From contig NC_043005.1 in NCBI RefSeq assembly GCF_006345805.1, positions 75,764,001 to 75,828,000 of the forward strand: 64,000 nt of DNA. The letters are read 5' to 3'. How positions within the stretch are numbered: the stretch's first letter is position 1; each line of letters starts with the position of its first letter. Shown in pieces: positions 1 through 12,742 of this stretch. The translations under genes were made by a program, and so were the position numbers. Under the pieces are notes generated by a model. That model saw nothing but the letters and a program-made list of their open reading frames with translations. It was not told the origin of the DNA and did no database searches. This DNA comes from Octopus sinensis. Lineage: Eukaryota.

Positions 1-381
1 CACAGAGTAGCATTATAAATTAAAAGAATTGTTTAAAAAAAATACCCAGACTTTGGCAATTGTCCATAAAATAGCTGAAGTTATTATAAGAGAGTCTTAA
101 AATAATTCTGAAGAAGTTCAGTTATTTACATTTTAGCTCCTCCCACTGATGCATACATTTACCTCATCTTTTGATAATGTATCTACAAATACTCCTCAAA
201 TAAAATACTTTTCTTATTTCATGAAAGATATATTGTTTACATTAAAATGGAAGAAACACACTAAGACATCTCCTAAAGATGGTGTAGTTGAAAGTTCAAG
301 TTTTTACTAATCTTAGATCTTGTTTTCTTGCTACTAACATCTTTCATTGTATGATGCTATTTTATATATATGTGTGTGTGC

Positions 382-428
<47 letters not shown>

Positions 429-743
429 CATATAATATATAATATATAATACATATATATATAAATACATATAATATATAAATACATATAATATATAAAT
501 ACATATAATAAATGGTGGTGCCCCAGCATGGCCACAGCTCATTAGCTGAAACTGGAAAAATCAAAATCAAAATCATATATGTGTATATATATATATATAA
601 TATATAATATATATATATATTATATATATATATATTATATATATATATATAAGTTAAATAAGGGTAGAAATTGATATTAATCAATTAAAACCAGTGGCCT
701 AGTATATTTTTAAAAAATCGGAAGATTAAAAATTTTTTTACTC

Positions 744-840
744 ACAAAATTTAGAGGACTGACCACTAAAAGCGGACAGTCTATATGCTAGATATAGACG
801 TCAAATCACCACTTTTAGTGGTCAGTCCTCTAAATTTTGT
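744..840. repeat. Fold-back: perfect 29-bp inverted repeat within a (TA)n-flanked insert
   Basis: acaaaatttagaggactgaccactaaaag (744-772) is the reverse complement of cttttagtggtcagtcctctaaattttgt (812-840); an inner gtctata/tatagac stem is also present. Confidence 0.9.
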
Positions 841-853
841 ATATATATATATG

Positions 854-900
<47 letters not shown>

Positions 901-973
901 TTATATGGTAACTGCTGCATTTGTTGAGTATATAAGCAGTTAGGCTGCTTATTTCTCTGAAGACCACCAGATT

Positions 974-1033
974 GATGTAGATGCCTCTGATGAGAACCCA
1001 ATAAGGTTCAAAAATCGATTAAGGTTGTTCATC
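974..1033 (+). ncRNA. Degenerate minimal type I hammerhead ribozyme (G12>A)
   Basis: gcct-CTGATGA-GAACC caataa GGTTC-aAAA-palindrome AATCGATT-A-aggt, with distal gatg/catc pairing. Confidence 0.65.
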
Positions 1034-1096
1034 GTTTTTTCAATCAGCAGAGAAATGGCTAAAATTTGCCCTGTTTATAATTATACCATGTGTTAC

Positions 1097-1131
<35 letters not shown>

Positions 1132-1275
1132 AATGTGTGCATGTGTGTGTAAACTCAACTCAACAAGAGATTTCTCTGACATCTATCTCACCATCTGTGA
1201 TAAGATGTTAATAAGGTCATCATTTTTCAAAATATTAACCTCACCTTTAGAGTTGAAGTTTAAAAAATTTTTTAT

Positions 1276-1330
<55 letters not shown>

Positions 1331-1369
1331 TATTATTATTATCATCATTATTATTATTATTATTATCAG

Positions 1370-1762
1370 CATGCCAGACAAAATGCTTAGTGACGTTTCA
1401 TCTGTCATTACTGTGTGAGTTCAAATTCCACCAAGTTGACTTTGCCTTTCATTCTGTCAGGGTTGATAAAATCAAATACAGTTAAGTACTAAAAATCTTT
1501 AGGCCTTGTGCCTATAGTAGAAAGAATTTTATTATTATTATTAAGGCAGCAGGCTGAAGAATCTTTGCCACATCAGACAAAGTGCTTAGCAGCATTTCTT
1601 TCAGTTCTTCATGTTCCAAGTTCAAATACTGCTGAGGTTGACTTAACTTTCATTCTTTTGGGGATTGATAAAATAAGTACCAGTTAAGGACTGGGGTTGA
1701 TGTAATCAACTTATCCCCTCCCCTGAAATTGCTGGCCTTGTGCCAAAATTTGAAATCATTAA

Positions 1763-1804
<42 letters not shown>

Positions 1805-2240
1805 GGAAGTGTGCTGGCAGGATTGCTAACACACAGGGCAAAATGCTTAGTGGCATCTCATCTATCTTTATGTTCTGAGTTCAAATTCTGCTGAGGTCGA
1901 CTTTGCCTTTCATCCCTTTGGGGTCAATAAATTAAGTCCCAGAGAAATCTTGGGGTCGATGTAATTGACTAGTCCCCTCTCCCAAAATCTCAGGCCTTGT
2001 GCCTTTAGTAGAAAGGGTTATTATTATTATTAAGATGGCAAGCTGGCAGAATTTAAGAGTGTTGAGGAAAAATGTTTTGCAGTATTCCTTTTAACTCACA
2101 TTCTGAGTTCAAATTCTGTTAAAGATGACTTTGCCTTTCATCATTTTATGGTTAATGAAATAAGTACCATTTGAACCCTGGGGATCGATGTAACCAACTT
2201 TCCCCTTCCCTCAAAACTGTTGGTTTCATGCCTAATTAGA
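1370..2240 (+). mobile_element. Cluster of SINE copies (family B, MetaSINE-like central domain) separated by (TTA)n
   Basis: Repeated gagttcaaattc..gaggtcgactttgcctttcatcc..ggggtcgataaa..aagtacc core with B-box-like GTTCAAAT; repeated again at 2780-3650. Confidence 0.75.
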
Positions 2241-2246
2241 AAAAAA

Positions 2247-2296
<50 letters not shown>

Positions 2297-2370
2297 CTTA
2301 TATGGTAACTGCTGCATTTGTTGAGTATATAAGCAGTTAGGCTGCTTATTTCTCTGAAGACCACCAGATT

Positions 2371-2430
2371 GATGTAGATGCCTCTGATGAGAACCCAATA
2401 AGGTTCAAAAATCGATTAAGGTTGTTCATC
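2371..2430 (+). ncRNA. Duplicate copy of the degenerate hammerhead motif
   Basis: Same sequence as 974-1033, in the second unit of the tandem duplication. Confidence 0.65.
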
Positions 2431-2493
2431 GTTTTTTCAATCAGCAGAGAAATGGCTAAAATTTGCCCTGTTTATAATTATACCATGTGTTAC

Positions 2494-2542
<49 letters not shown>

Positions 2543-2696
2543 TGTGCATGTGTGTGTAAACTCAACTCAACAAGAGATTTCTCTGACATCTATCTCACCA
2601 TCTGTGATAAGATGTTAATAAGGTCATCATTTTTCAAAATATTAACCTCACCTTTAGAGTTGAAGTTTAAAAAATTTTTTATTATTATTATTATTA

Positions 2697-2758
<62 letters not shown>

Positions 2759-3784
2759 CATCATTATTATTATTATTATCAGCATGCCAGACAAAATGCT
2801 TAGTGACGTTTCATCTGTCATTACTGTGTGAGTTCAAATTCCACCAAGGTTGACTTTGCCTTTCATTCTGTCAGGGTTGATAAAATCAAATACAGTTAAG
2901 TACTAAAAATCTTTAGGCCTTGTGCCTATAGTAGAAAGAATTTTATTATTATTATTAAGGCAGCAGGCTGAAGAATCTTTGCCACATCAGACAAAGTGCT
3001 TAGCAGCATTTCTTTCAGTTCTTCATGTTCCAAGTTCAAATACTGCTGAGGTTGACTTAACTTTCATTCTTTTGGGGATTGATAAAATAAGTACCAGTTA
3101 AGGACTGGGGTTGATGTAATCAACTTATCCCCTCCCCTGAAATTGCTGGCCTTGTGCCAAAATTTGAAATCATTAATATTATTATTATTATTATTATTTA
3201 TTATTATTATTATTAAGGAAGTGTGCTGGCAGGATTGCTAACACACAGGGCAAAATGCTTAGTGGCATCTCATCTATCTTTATGTTCTGAGTTCAAATTC
3301 TGCTGAGGTCGACTTTGCCTTTCATCCCTTTGGGGTCAATAAATTAAGTCCCAGAGAAATCTTGGGGTCGATGTAATTGACTAGTCCCCTCTCCCAAAAT
3401 CTCAGGCCTTGTGCCTTTAGTAGAAAGGGTTATTATTATTATTAAGATGGCAAGCTGGCAGAATTTAAGAGTGTTGAGGAAAAATGTTTTGCAGTATTCC
3501 TTCTAACTCACATTCTGAGTTCAAATTCTGTTAAAGATGACTTTGCCTTTCATCATTTTATGGTTAATGAAATAAGTACCATTTGAACCCTGGGGATCGA
3601 TGTAACCAACTTTCCCCTTCCCTCAAAACTGTTGGTTTCATGCCTAATTAGAAAAAACAATATATATATATATATATATGTGAATAATAATTTTTTAATG
3701 AATATTTAGCAGAAGCAACAGACTGACTCATATTTAGGAGTTCTGTTTTTCCTGTTTGCATCACACACACACACATAATTGTGA

Positions 3785-4085
3785 AGGCACATGGCTCAGT
3801 GGTTAGAGTGTTGGGCTCACAATCATGAGATAGTGAGTTCAATTCCCAGACCGGGCTGTGTGTTGTGTTCTAGAGCAAGACACTTCATTTCATGTTGCTC
3901 CACTTCACTCAGCTGTAGAAATGAGTTCCGAAGTCACTGGTGCCAAGCTGTATTGACCTTTACCTTTCCCTTGGATAACATTGGTGGCATGGAGAGGGGA
4001 GCCTGGTATGCATGGGCAACTGCTGGTCTTCCATAAACAAACTTTCCCTGATTGTGCCTCAGAGGGGATCTTTCTAGGTGCAGTC
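3785..4085 (+). mobile_element. tRNA-derived SINE (family C)
   Basis: A box tggctcagtgg, B box gagttcaattcc, then gtgttctagagcaagacactt; related copies at 8296, 23660-23905(-) and 24600-24805(-). Confidence 0.7.
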
Positions 4086-4443
4086 TTTATGTTCTGAGTT
4101 CAAATTCTGCTGAGACTGACTTTGCCTATCATCCCTTTGAGGTCAATAAATTAAGTACCAGTGAAATCTTGGTGTTGATGTAATTGACTAGTCCCCTCTC
4201 CCAAAATTTCAGGCCTTGTGCCTTTAGTAGAAAAGGATATTATTATTAAGTTGTTCGTGACTGAAGGGGGTCTTTACTTTACCCAAATATGTATTAAGAT
4301 TACACTTAGGCAATGCAATCTTAATAACCTGGTGTAGAACCCAGTCTACATATGCTTTTGAACAAAGCACTAGTTGAGTACGGAACGATAATAAGATAGA
4401 AGAGATGACAAGGTAATATAACAGTTATCCTATGAACTTCATT

Positions 4444-4508
4444 AGCTTACAGGTGTTTTCACTATAAGATACATAGTTGAGTAACACCTTACAGCTTCAT
4501 CAGAGCCT
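4444..4508 (-). ncRNA. Hammerhead-like motif with long stem II (minus-strand member of an inverted pair)
   Basis: Reverse complement reads ggct-CTGATGA-a-GCTGTAAG...CTTATAGT-GAAA-acacctg-TA-agct. Confidence 0.6.
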
Positions 4509-4510
4509 CA

Positions 4511-4595
4511 GGCTGTTGTGAAGCTGTAAGTAGTTACTTAGGCACTCAACTATGAGTCTATGAGTCACATCTTGTAGCAGAAACAGCAGTAAGCT
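4511..4595 (+). ncRNA. Degenerate hammerhead-like motif (plus-strand member of the inverted pair)
   Basis: ggct-gttgtga-a-GCTGTAAG...CTTGTAGC-aGAAA-cagcag-TA-agct; core decayed. Confidence 0.45.
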
Positions 4596-5169
4596 AATGC
4601 AATTCATAAGATAACCATTTTACTCCTTTGTCAACTCTTTTTCCTTATATACACACACATGCATATATATTTGCATGTATATATAAACCCTAGTATAAGT
4701 ATATGTATATATAAAACCTGGTATAATGGCAACTGAAGATCAAATCAATGGAAACATAATGTAGATGGAATTGTTTGGAAAGTGTTCTTCTCTAAAAATG
4801 AAGTTAACAGTCTTGAAAATTACTATCTTATCTATATAACATAATAAACATTAAAAAAAATATTCTTCTAAGTTCTATATCTGTATATACACACACACTC
4901 ATACACATGCATTAATACGCCACACATGTATGTATACACTTTCCTATTTCTTTATGTATTCAGTTATTTACTGATATTAATTGAAACTACTTTTTTTTTA
5001 TCTATTTCTAACATTTGTCAAAAACAAAAAAAATATGTATGATACTGCTGAAAAAATATTTTTTCTATGAACTGTAAATAAATATTGTGGCTCAAATTTT
5101 CAACACTTCCTACTTTTTTTTCCTACTTAGTAAGAGTCTTGGAGCAAATGGTACTGTATATATTCAAAA

Positions 5170-5336
5170 ATAGGCACAAGCATGGCTGTGTGGTAGGAAG
5201 CTTGCTTCCCAACTACATGGTTCCAGGTTCAGTCCCACTGTGTGGCACCTTGGGCAAGTATCTTCTACTATAGCCTCAGGTGAGTGGATTTGGCAGATGG
5301 AAACTGAAAGAAACCCATTGTATATATATGTACGTA

Positions 5337-5377
<41 letters not shown>

Positions 5378-5935
5378 GTTCAAATTTACAGTAAATAAAA
5401 GACGAAGACAAGTGTAGGAACAACAGGCAGGTGTATTAGTTTATCACTCAGGAAAACTGGAAAAGTCTTTTACATTTTGAGCCTATGCTCTTCAACAGAA
5501 AGGATTGAGGAAAAAATGTACAGGAAAATGAGGTTGAGTGAAAGGGAGATAATAATAATGGCAAGGGTAATGGTGACCTCTAATGAACTAAGGTACACAA
5601 ATGTGTATGTAAGAATGGTGTGTGTGTGAGTTTGTATGTGTGAACGGAGGCAAGTGAGTCTAACGTGTGTGTGTTGTGTGTACCAGTTGATGTGTGCATG
5701 TTCAGGCGGTGTATGCAAATGTGAATGTGAGTGTCTGACACACACACTCATGTGCGTCAGTGTTTGTCCCCACCCCACTGCTTGACAACTTGTGCTGGTG
5801 TGTATGTCCATGTAACTTAGCAGTTCAGCAAAAGATTCTGATAAAGTTAGTACTGGGGTTAATACATTTGACTAAAATTCTTGAAGGCGGTGCCCCAGCA
5901 TGGCTACAGTTTAATGACAGAAACAAGACAAACAG
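5170..5935 (+). mobile_element. Family A tRNA-headed SINE interrupted at its internal (TA)n by a minus-strand Penelope-like terminal fragment (~5370-5750)
   Basis: Head catggctgtgtggtag..ggttcagtcccactg at 5180-5320; tail tgtttgtcccc..gcggtgccccagcatggc at 5761-5930; the insert matches 29190-29320 in reverse. Confidence 0.7.
5467..5502 (-). ncRNA. Hammerhead-like motif, CUGUNGA variant, degenerate
   Basis: Reverse complement reads cttt-CTGTTGA-a-GAGC atag GCTC-aAAA-tgt-a-aaag. Confidence 0.55.
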
Positions 5936-6307
5936 TTAATAATTTACAGTTGTTACTAAATAAAAGTGAAAGAGTGGTGCAAACATCCAATACAACTTAC
6001 ATACTGAATCTTGTAGTTGGCTTGAAATTCAGTGCATATGGCCGATGCTGATGTTATGTAACAGGCACCCATGACAGTGGCATGTAAAGAGCCCTCTTTG
6101 AATGTGGGGCTTCATGGAAGCCATGATAAGTGACTGAGACCTTTGACAATATGCCAAGTGAAAGCATAATTGTGGCTGGTGTTGGTGTCATGTAAATGGC
6201 ATCCATGCTGATGACATGTAAAAAACACCCATTACACTCTGTAAAATGGTAGGTGTTAGAAAGGGCATCCAATCATAGAAACCATGCCAAATCAGATTGG
6301 AACCTGA

Positions 6308-6730
6308 TTAAAGTGGCGAGCTGGCAGAAACATTAGCACACCGGGTGAAATACTTAGTGGTATTTTATCTGCTGTTACGTTCTGAGTTCAAATTTCGCCG
6401 AGGTCAACTTTGCCTTTCATCCTTTCGGGGTCGATCAAATAAGTACCATTTGCATACTGGGGTCGATGTAATCAACTTAATCCATTTGTCTGTCCTTGTT
6501 TGTCCCCTCTGTGTGTAGCCCCTTGTGGGCAGTAAAGAAATAGGTATTTCGTCTGCCATTACGTTCTGAGTTCAAATTCCGCCGAGGTCGACTTTGCTTT
6601 TTATCCTTTCGGGGTTGATCAAATAAGTACCAGTTACATACTGGGTTCGATGTAATCGACTTAATCCCTTTGTCTGTCCTTGTTTGTCCCCTCTATGTTT
6701 AGCCCCTTGTGGGTAGTAAAGAAATAAGAA
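6308..6730 (+). mobile_element. Family B SINE with internally duplicated body
   Basis: aagtggcgagctggcagaa head; the acgttctgagttcaaatt...gccccttgtggg..agtaaagaaata body occurs twice; a similar dimer lies at 15400-15820(-) and single copies at 7210-7425, 14820-15020(-), 21100-21315(-), 50830-51062(-). Confidence 0.75.
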
Positions 6731-7439
6731 ATCAGATTGGAACTTGGTGCAGCTCTCCAGTTTATCAGTTTCAGTCAAACTGTCCAACTCATGCCAGCAT
6801 GGAAAGCAGATGTTAAATGATGATGATGATGACATTAACACACACAAGTACACCAGCAAATAATTGGGTTTCAATGGTGAGTTAGTTAAATAATTATGCA
6901 ATGTGTATGAATATTGACAGTGTAAACAAATACATATTGATGAGGTCAGATGCAAAACCAAATATGCCTGCCATAGCGGAATTCAATTCTGCCACCAAAC
7001 AAACATGCCAATGCTGATATGGAGTCTCATGAATTAATGAGACTAGATGTGGGTCAGGTTGTGTCATTGATATGTTTCCTTCTTAATCACGTGGTTTTGG
7101 GTTCAGTCCTACAGTGTCTTCTGTAATAATCCTGGGCTGACCAAAGCCTTGTGTGTATATTTCATAGAATGCCACAAGAAATGCTTTGCTTGATCTTAAC
7201 TAAGAACTGTTCGTTAGCACGCCAGGTGAAATGCTTAGCGGTATTTTGTCAGCCGCTACGTTCTGAGTTCAAATTCCGCCAAGGTCTACTTTGCCTTTCA
7301 TCCTTTCAGGGTCAATAAATTAAGTACCAGTTATGCACTGGGGTCGATGTAATCGACTTAATCCCTTTGTCTGTCCTTGTTTGTCCCTTCTATGTTTAGC
7401 CCCTTGTGGGCAATAAAGAAATAAGAACTATTCCTGTGA

Positions 7440-7800
7440 TTTTGTCACTGGTTACCCCATCTTTGCACAAACCTGAACTGCATCTTGTCTCAACTAATTC
7501 TCTCCCTAATTAGTTGTACTATAACTCCTGTTACTTTCATAAATTGGCCATCAGTTTGATGTCTCTACTGTCACATCTTACAGAACCATCACATACTTCT
7601 GTAGCAGTTTATGATGATACTGCTATACCAGTCATTACATACAACATATCTTTGTATTAATTCATTGATAATGCAAGTAACTAGTACATATTCTGTTTAT
7701 TAGAATATTTTCAGTGAGACAGCATCAGCCCTTGATGGACCATTAGTCTTCCAAGTCTTCATATCCTTAATTGTGCTTTTGTGGATATTTCTTGATAAAG
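7440..7800 (-). mobile_element. Decayed RTE-type LINE ORF2 fragment
   Basis: KSTIKDMKTWKTNGPSRADAVSLK resembles the 'AIK.MK.GKA.GPSG' motif upstream of RT. Confidence 0.45.
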
Positions 7801-9189
7801 ATGATAAAGGTGTTGGACAGCCAAGGAACTGGAATAAAATACTAAATACCCATGTATAAGGAGTAAATAAGACTCTGCATGATATGTGTGCAAGTATGCA
7901 AGTGAGTCTGTGTGGTGTATGTGACAGCTGCAAGTGGGCTATGAATATGAGTGCACAATGCCAATAGGTCATACAAGATGGACTTTGATATGAGTAAGAT
8001 TGTAAAAAATAAATATGGTGGAAGCTGCCGTGCAAAGAAGTCTGGAGAATGGTGAGTTGAACAATGATAGTGTTTCACATAAATGTATATATATAGTTTG
8101 TTATTGAGTTAATATGTGATCTAAATGAATGCTAAGTTAAGGGTAAAAGTGAACACTACAGATGACAAATAACCCATTGCTTTCTAACTGTATGACTAAG
8201 TTAATGTATGTATTGTACATGTATTCATGTAAATATATATACATGCATATATGCATGTGTGTAAAACAAATACTGAATCCCTAATTCCATTCAGGTGGAA
8301 GCACATGGCCAAGTGGTTAGAACAGCGTACTTGCAGTTGAGGGATCGCGGGTTTGAATCTCAGATTGGGCAATGTGTGTTTATGAGTGAAACGCCTAAGC
8401 TCCACGTGGTTCTGGCAGAAGGTAATGGCAAACTTCTGCTGGCTCTTTTGCCACAACTTTCTTTCACTCTTTCCTCTTGCATGTAGCAGCTCATTTGTGA
8501 TAGACTGGTATCCCATCCAGGTGGGAAAACTATACGCCAACGAAGCCAGGAAACCAGCTCTTATGAGCTAGGCATAGCTCGTGAATGAACAAACAAAACA
8601 AACAAATTCTTTTCAGGAGAAAATAATACAAAGAAATACATCATTGGCTGGTAAACGAGAAAAATATTTTTAAAACAGATAATAAGTTGAAATATTTAAT
8701 TCATAATTCAAAGTAAAACAAACCAAGAAACTGCTCCATTGTTGGGAAAAATTAGCAGAATATAAGAAAAAAGTGTTAGTTTACAACTTCCTGTATGATT
8801 AGTGGTTGTTGTATTACAGTTATATTTTCTTGTTTTTATTTTTTTGTTGAAGCAAAGCAGTATGGAACTGGTACTTGGTCTCAAACTGTTCAAAACAAAG
8901 AAATCAACAACTAAAGGAAGATAGCTTTAACCTGAACCAGCCATATCCAGCCCAAGTATTCTGTTTATTTTATTTTCAAACGGACCAGATCTGGCTTTTC
9001 ACACATACCATACAATGTCATTCTAAAGAGAAAAAAAAATTACATCAAAATTTCAAAGCTACAAGATAATGCCTAATTAATTAAAATGAATAAATAAATA
9101 TTACATAAGACTGCTAAGGATTGAAGCTGATTAGCCATTCGGAGCAACTGACATAACTAGTGTTACTGTAGACATGGCTACATGTATAC

Positions 9190-9391
9190 TCTTTTACTTG
9201 TTTCAGTCATTTGACTGTGGCCATGCTGGAGCACCACCTTTACTTGAGCAAATTGACCCCAGGACTTAGTCGTTGTAAGCCTAGTACTTATTCTATCTAT
9301 CTATCTCTTTTGATGAGCCGCTAAGTTACAGGGACATAAGCACACCAGCATCGGTTGTCAAGCGATGTTGGGGGGACAAATACAGACATAT

Positions 9392-9436
<45 letters not shown>

Positions 9437-9600
9437 TACGGTGGGCTTCTTTCAGTTTCTATCTACCAAATCCACTCACAAGGCTTTGGTCGGCCCAAGG
9501 CTATAGTAGAAGACACTTGCCCAAGGTACCATGCAGTGGGACTGAACCCAGAACCATGTGGTTTGTAAGCAAGCTACTTACCACAACAGCCACTCCTGCA
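9190..9600 (-). mobile_element. Family A tRNA-headed SINE, near full length
   Basis: Reverse complement of gcaggagtggctgt..ggttcagtcccactg..ccaaagccttgtgagtggatttggtag..(TA)n..gactgaaacaagtaaaagag. Confidence 0.85.
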
Positions 9601-11206
9601 TCTATGACATGAACATGTTGAAAATTTTATAGTCATTATGCGAAACAAAACTTGTTTTATTGTCTAAGATAAAATTTCTCAAGATGGGAGCATATGCCCC
9701 CATTAACCAGTGAGGAGTGGACTTTCAAAATGGGGAATAAGTAAGTGGCAAGAAAATAAAACTTGCAACAGAGTTTCATTTATAAAATTCTTTTGAATGT
9801 TCTATACAAACATTGTCCATTCATGGCCGTGTGCTCATTTTTTTGGAAAATCAAGATAGGGAATTAGGCAAAAAATGTTGAGAAACATTGATCTATAAAT
9901 ATATAAACACATACTGGGCTGTTGAAATCATGGAAGATATCTGTTCATTTACGAAAATTTACATTTGTTTAAAAGTTAATGGGTTGCCAATGCAAGAAAT
10001 TAAACATAAATTTTCATTTTGTTTCTCAAATACCAACAAAACAAGATTTTGTGGCATCTTGTTTTCAGTAAATTAATATGACAATAATTTCTCTCTACCT
10101 TTCCCCTATGAGATGTGAGTAGCCATGCAGTCCCCTCTATGGGAACCTGCTCTTCTCAACTCCTCATAATAATCTTCTTGTTTCCTAGCGTGGAGCTTTT
10201 CCCACCTCCCCAGATTTCATAGTCCCACAAACTGCACGATAGCCTCAATGATGGAAGTTGTATGAAAAAAATATACAGTCCATGCTGTAAAGTGGTTGGT
10301 GATAGGAAGAGCATCCAACCGTAAAAACCTTGCCAAAGGAGTCATTGAAGCTTAATGCAGGCCTTGGAAGCATCAGATCCTGTCAAACCATCAAACTCTT
10401 GCTAGTATGGAACAGAGATGTTAAATGATGACAACAACGAATTTGTGGTTTGAGAATACAAATTGGAATGGGACAGAATTCAGACGTGGACAATTTTATT
10501 AGTCGAGGTGAATGTGTTTGTGAAAATTTATACTGATAATATAATTTGATCATTCATATTGAAGAAATATGTTATGGAAAATGAACATAGATATTTTTAT
10601 GTTTTCATGTCTATGGATTAATTTGCAATGCAGAATCAGATAAAAGGCCATCAGCAAAAAGAAAGATCAGGTAAATGTACATAGTTAAACTGGGAGATGT
10701 AATCTGTCAGAAGATAACTGCCAGGAAAAAGAAAATGAAATGGAAGAACAAAGGAAAAGCCTACACATGTTTGCTGCCAGAATGAAAATCAAAAGAAGAG
10801 ATGCTACTTAACTATTGTTGAGAAAATGTGCTAAGCAAGAATTAGATAATAAACTATGAACATCTTGACTTCTCTTTAAATGGCTTAAAGGTGGATCATC
10901 GACAACTTACAGATTTCTGATTGGCTAAAATTTCTGATTGACTAAAATCTGTGAAAGGTTAACTTGTTTGATTGGCTAAAATTTCCAATTGAACCAAAAT
11001 TCATGGTTTGTTTAAATGACACTTGGGACAAAAGTGAATCAAAATCATGCCACTACATACATAAGCAAGACAATTATTGAGAGTACTCAATGGCTTTGCA
11101 AGTTGTTGGTGCTACAACTTTATGTCTATGTGAAATAAACAAATGCTAAGAATGGATCAAACACATGCAATATAAGACAGAATATTTACCATATATTAAT
11201 TCATTG

Positions 11207-11250
11207 GACATGTAGCTGTTTTAGTGACTCTTCACCTCATCAGCTGCTGT
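11207..11250 (-). ncRNA. Degenerate hammerhead-like motif
   Basis: Reverse complement reads CTGATGA-GGTGA agag TCACT-aAAA-CAGCTa; stem II intact, GAAA mutated. Confidence 0.45.
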
Positions 11251-11339
11251 AGAACTAAAAACAAATATTTGTTTACCTAGACAATTTTTAACAATTGATA
11301 ACCATTCTTCTGTTTGCTCATTGCTGAAGCCTACTTTTC

Positions 11340-11800
11340 TTTATAATTCTGTTGATTCAAGGCCTCAGATGGTATGAATTCCCAAAGGTTCTTCAGTCCC
11401 TTGGGTTACAGGAAATTTAAATATCATCCCATATTCTTAAGTACTATATAAAGTCTGTCATATATGTGTACACCTCATATATGTGTGTTCAACTTTGTCT
11501 ATATCACCCGAGCTGCTTCTAATTAATATGTGAATTTTTTTTCTAGGGCATGACATATTCAGACATGCCAGTAGATGGTTCTTAAACCATTTAGCATATA
11601 GTCATAGCCAGTTGGACAGCTCACAGCAAACTCCATGCTCGGTAGGTAGCATTGAGAAACAACAACAATAATGAAATATTGATGTCTATCGCTCTGAAAA
11701 AAAGCATTTAGCTCTATTGGATCCTCTCTTCTTCACCAATGTACACATAGTCACTGATTTTAATGTGCCTTTCTGTAGTATAGAGTAATGCAGATTTACT
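11340..11800 (-). mobile_element. Possible decayed Penelope-like GIY-YIG endonuclease C-terminus
   Basis: Minus-strand YVYIGE (~11730) and a GL..TEL* end (~11345), directly upstream of a hammerhead-like motif on the same strand. Confidence 0.3.
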
Positions 11801-12742
11801 ACAAATATCTACTTCATGAGATTGATGCTATATCTTAGCCAAAATCAATATTAACAAGAGAAAGAAAACTAGCAATGGACAAACAGTAGTTTAAGAGCAT
11901 TAGAAATAAAACTATACTAAATTTATACAGTTTATTATAGATTTTTGCTCTTCAGTATCCAGATAACCCCTAGATAAGGCTATTGAATTCACCTGAGGAT
12001 ATACTTTGTTAGATGAAACAAATTTAGAAATAATTATTCAAACCTTACTCTTTGATAAGGACACAGTCTAGATCAAAGAAGTTGGAGCTTGTGGGGCTAT
12101 TTGAAGCCTGGATGAAATTTTATGACAGTGTGCACATATGAGATCTGGTTAGCCTATATATGTGTTGGATATACAAAAGAATAGATTTATGGATTCTTTT
12201 TCAAGGATGACAGGCTAACATTGTCACAGTCTGGCAATGGTTATACAATAAATTCTTTGAGAAATAACTTGTTTAGCTCCTTCAGTAGTCTGGGATTAAA
12301 AATAACTGTATCTATCAATTACAGTATTGTTGACATTTTAGATATCACACTTAGAAAATGATATGGCTGTGTGGTAAAAAAAGTGTGCTTCTCAACCACA
12401 TGCATCTGTGTTCAGTCCCACTGTGTGACACCTTGGACAAGTATCTCTTAGCCTTGTGATTAGATTTGGTTGACAGAAGCTGAAAGAAGTCTGTCATATA
12501 TATGTGTACACCTCATATATGTGTGTGTTCAACTTTATCTATATCCTTCGAGCTGCTTCTAATTAATATTTGAATTTTTTTCTAGGGCAAGACATATTCA
12601 GATATGCCAGCAGATGGTTTTTAAACCATTTAGTATATAGTCATAGCTAGTTGGACAGCTCACAGCAAGCCCCATGCTTGGTAGGTGGCATTGAAAAGCC
12701 ACAACAATAATGAAATATTGATGTCTGTCGCTCTGAAAAAAA
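11450..12742. repeat. Local ~250-bp direct duplication (11450-11703 / 12488-12742)
   Basis: aagtctgtcatatatgtgtacacctc...gctctgaaaaaaa occurs twice with scattered substitutions. Confidence 0.85.

Larger units (their letters stand above)
899..3660. repeat. Near-identical ~1.4-kb direct tandem duplication bounded by (TA)n
   Basis: ttatatggtaactgctgc starts at 901 and again at 2298; both units end in cctaattagaaaaaa; differences are mostly microsatellite lengths. Confidence 0.9.

Noticed and set aside
137-310. Possible terminal exon after ttttag (57 open codons)
   Set aside because: No recognisable protein similarity and AT-rich; compatible with chance
3785-3860. tRNA gene
   Set aside because: A/B boxes are present but run into a SINE body with no complete cloverleaf; it is a SINE head
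10634-10670. Possible micro-exon (tgcag...CAG|gtaaat)
   Set aside because: No polypyrimidine tract; surroundings look like decayed repeat
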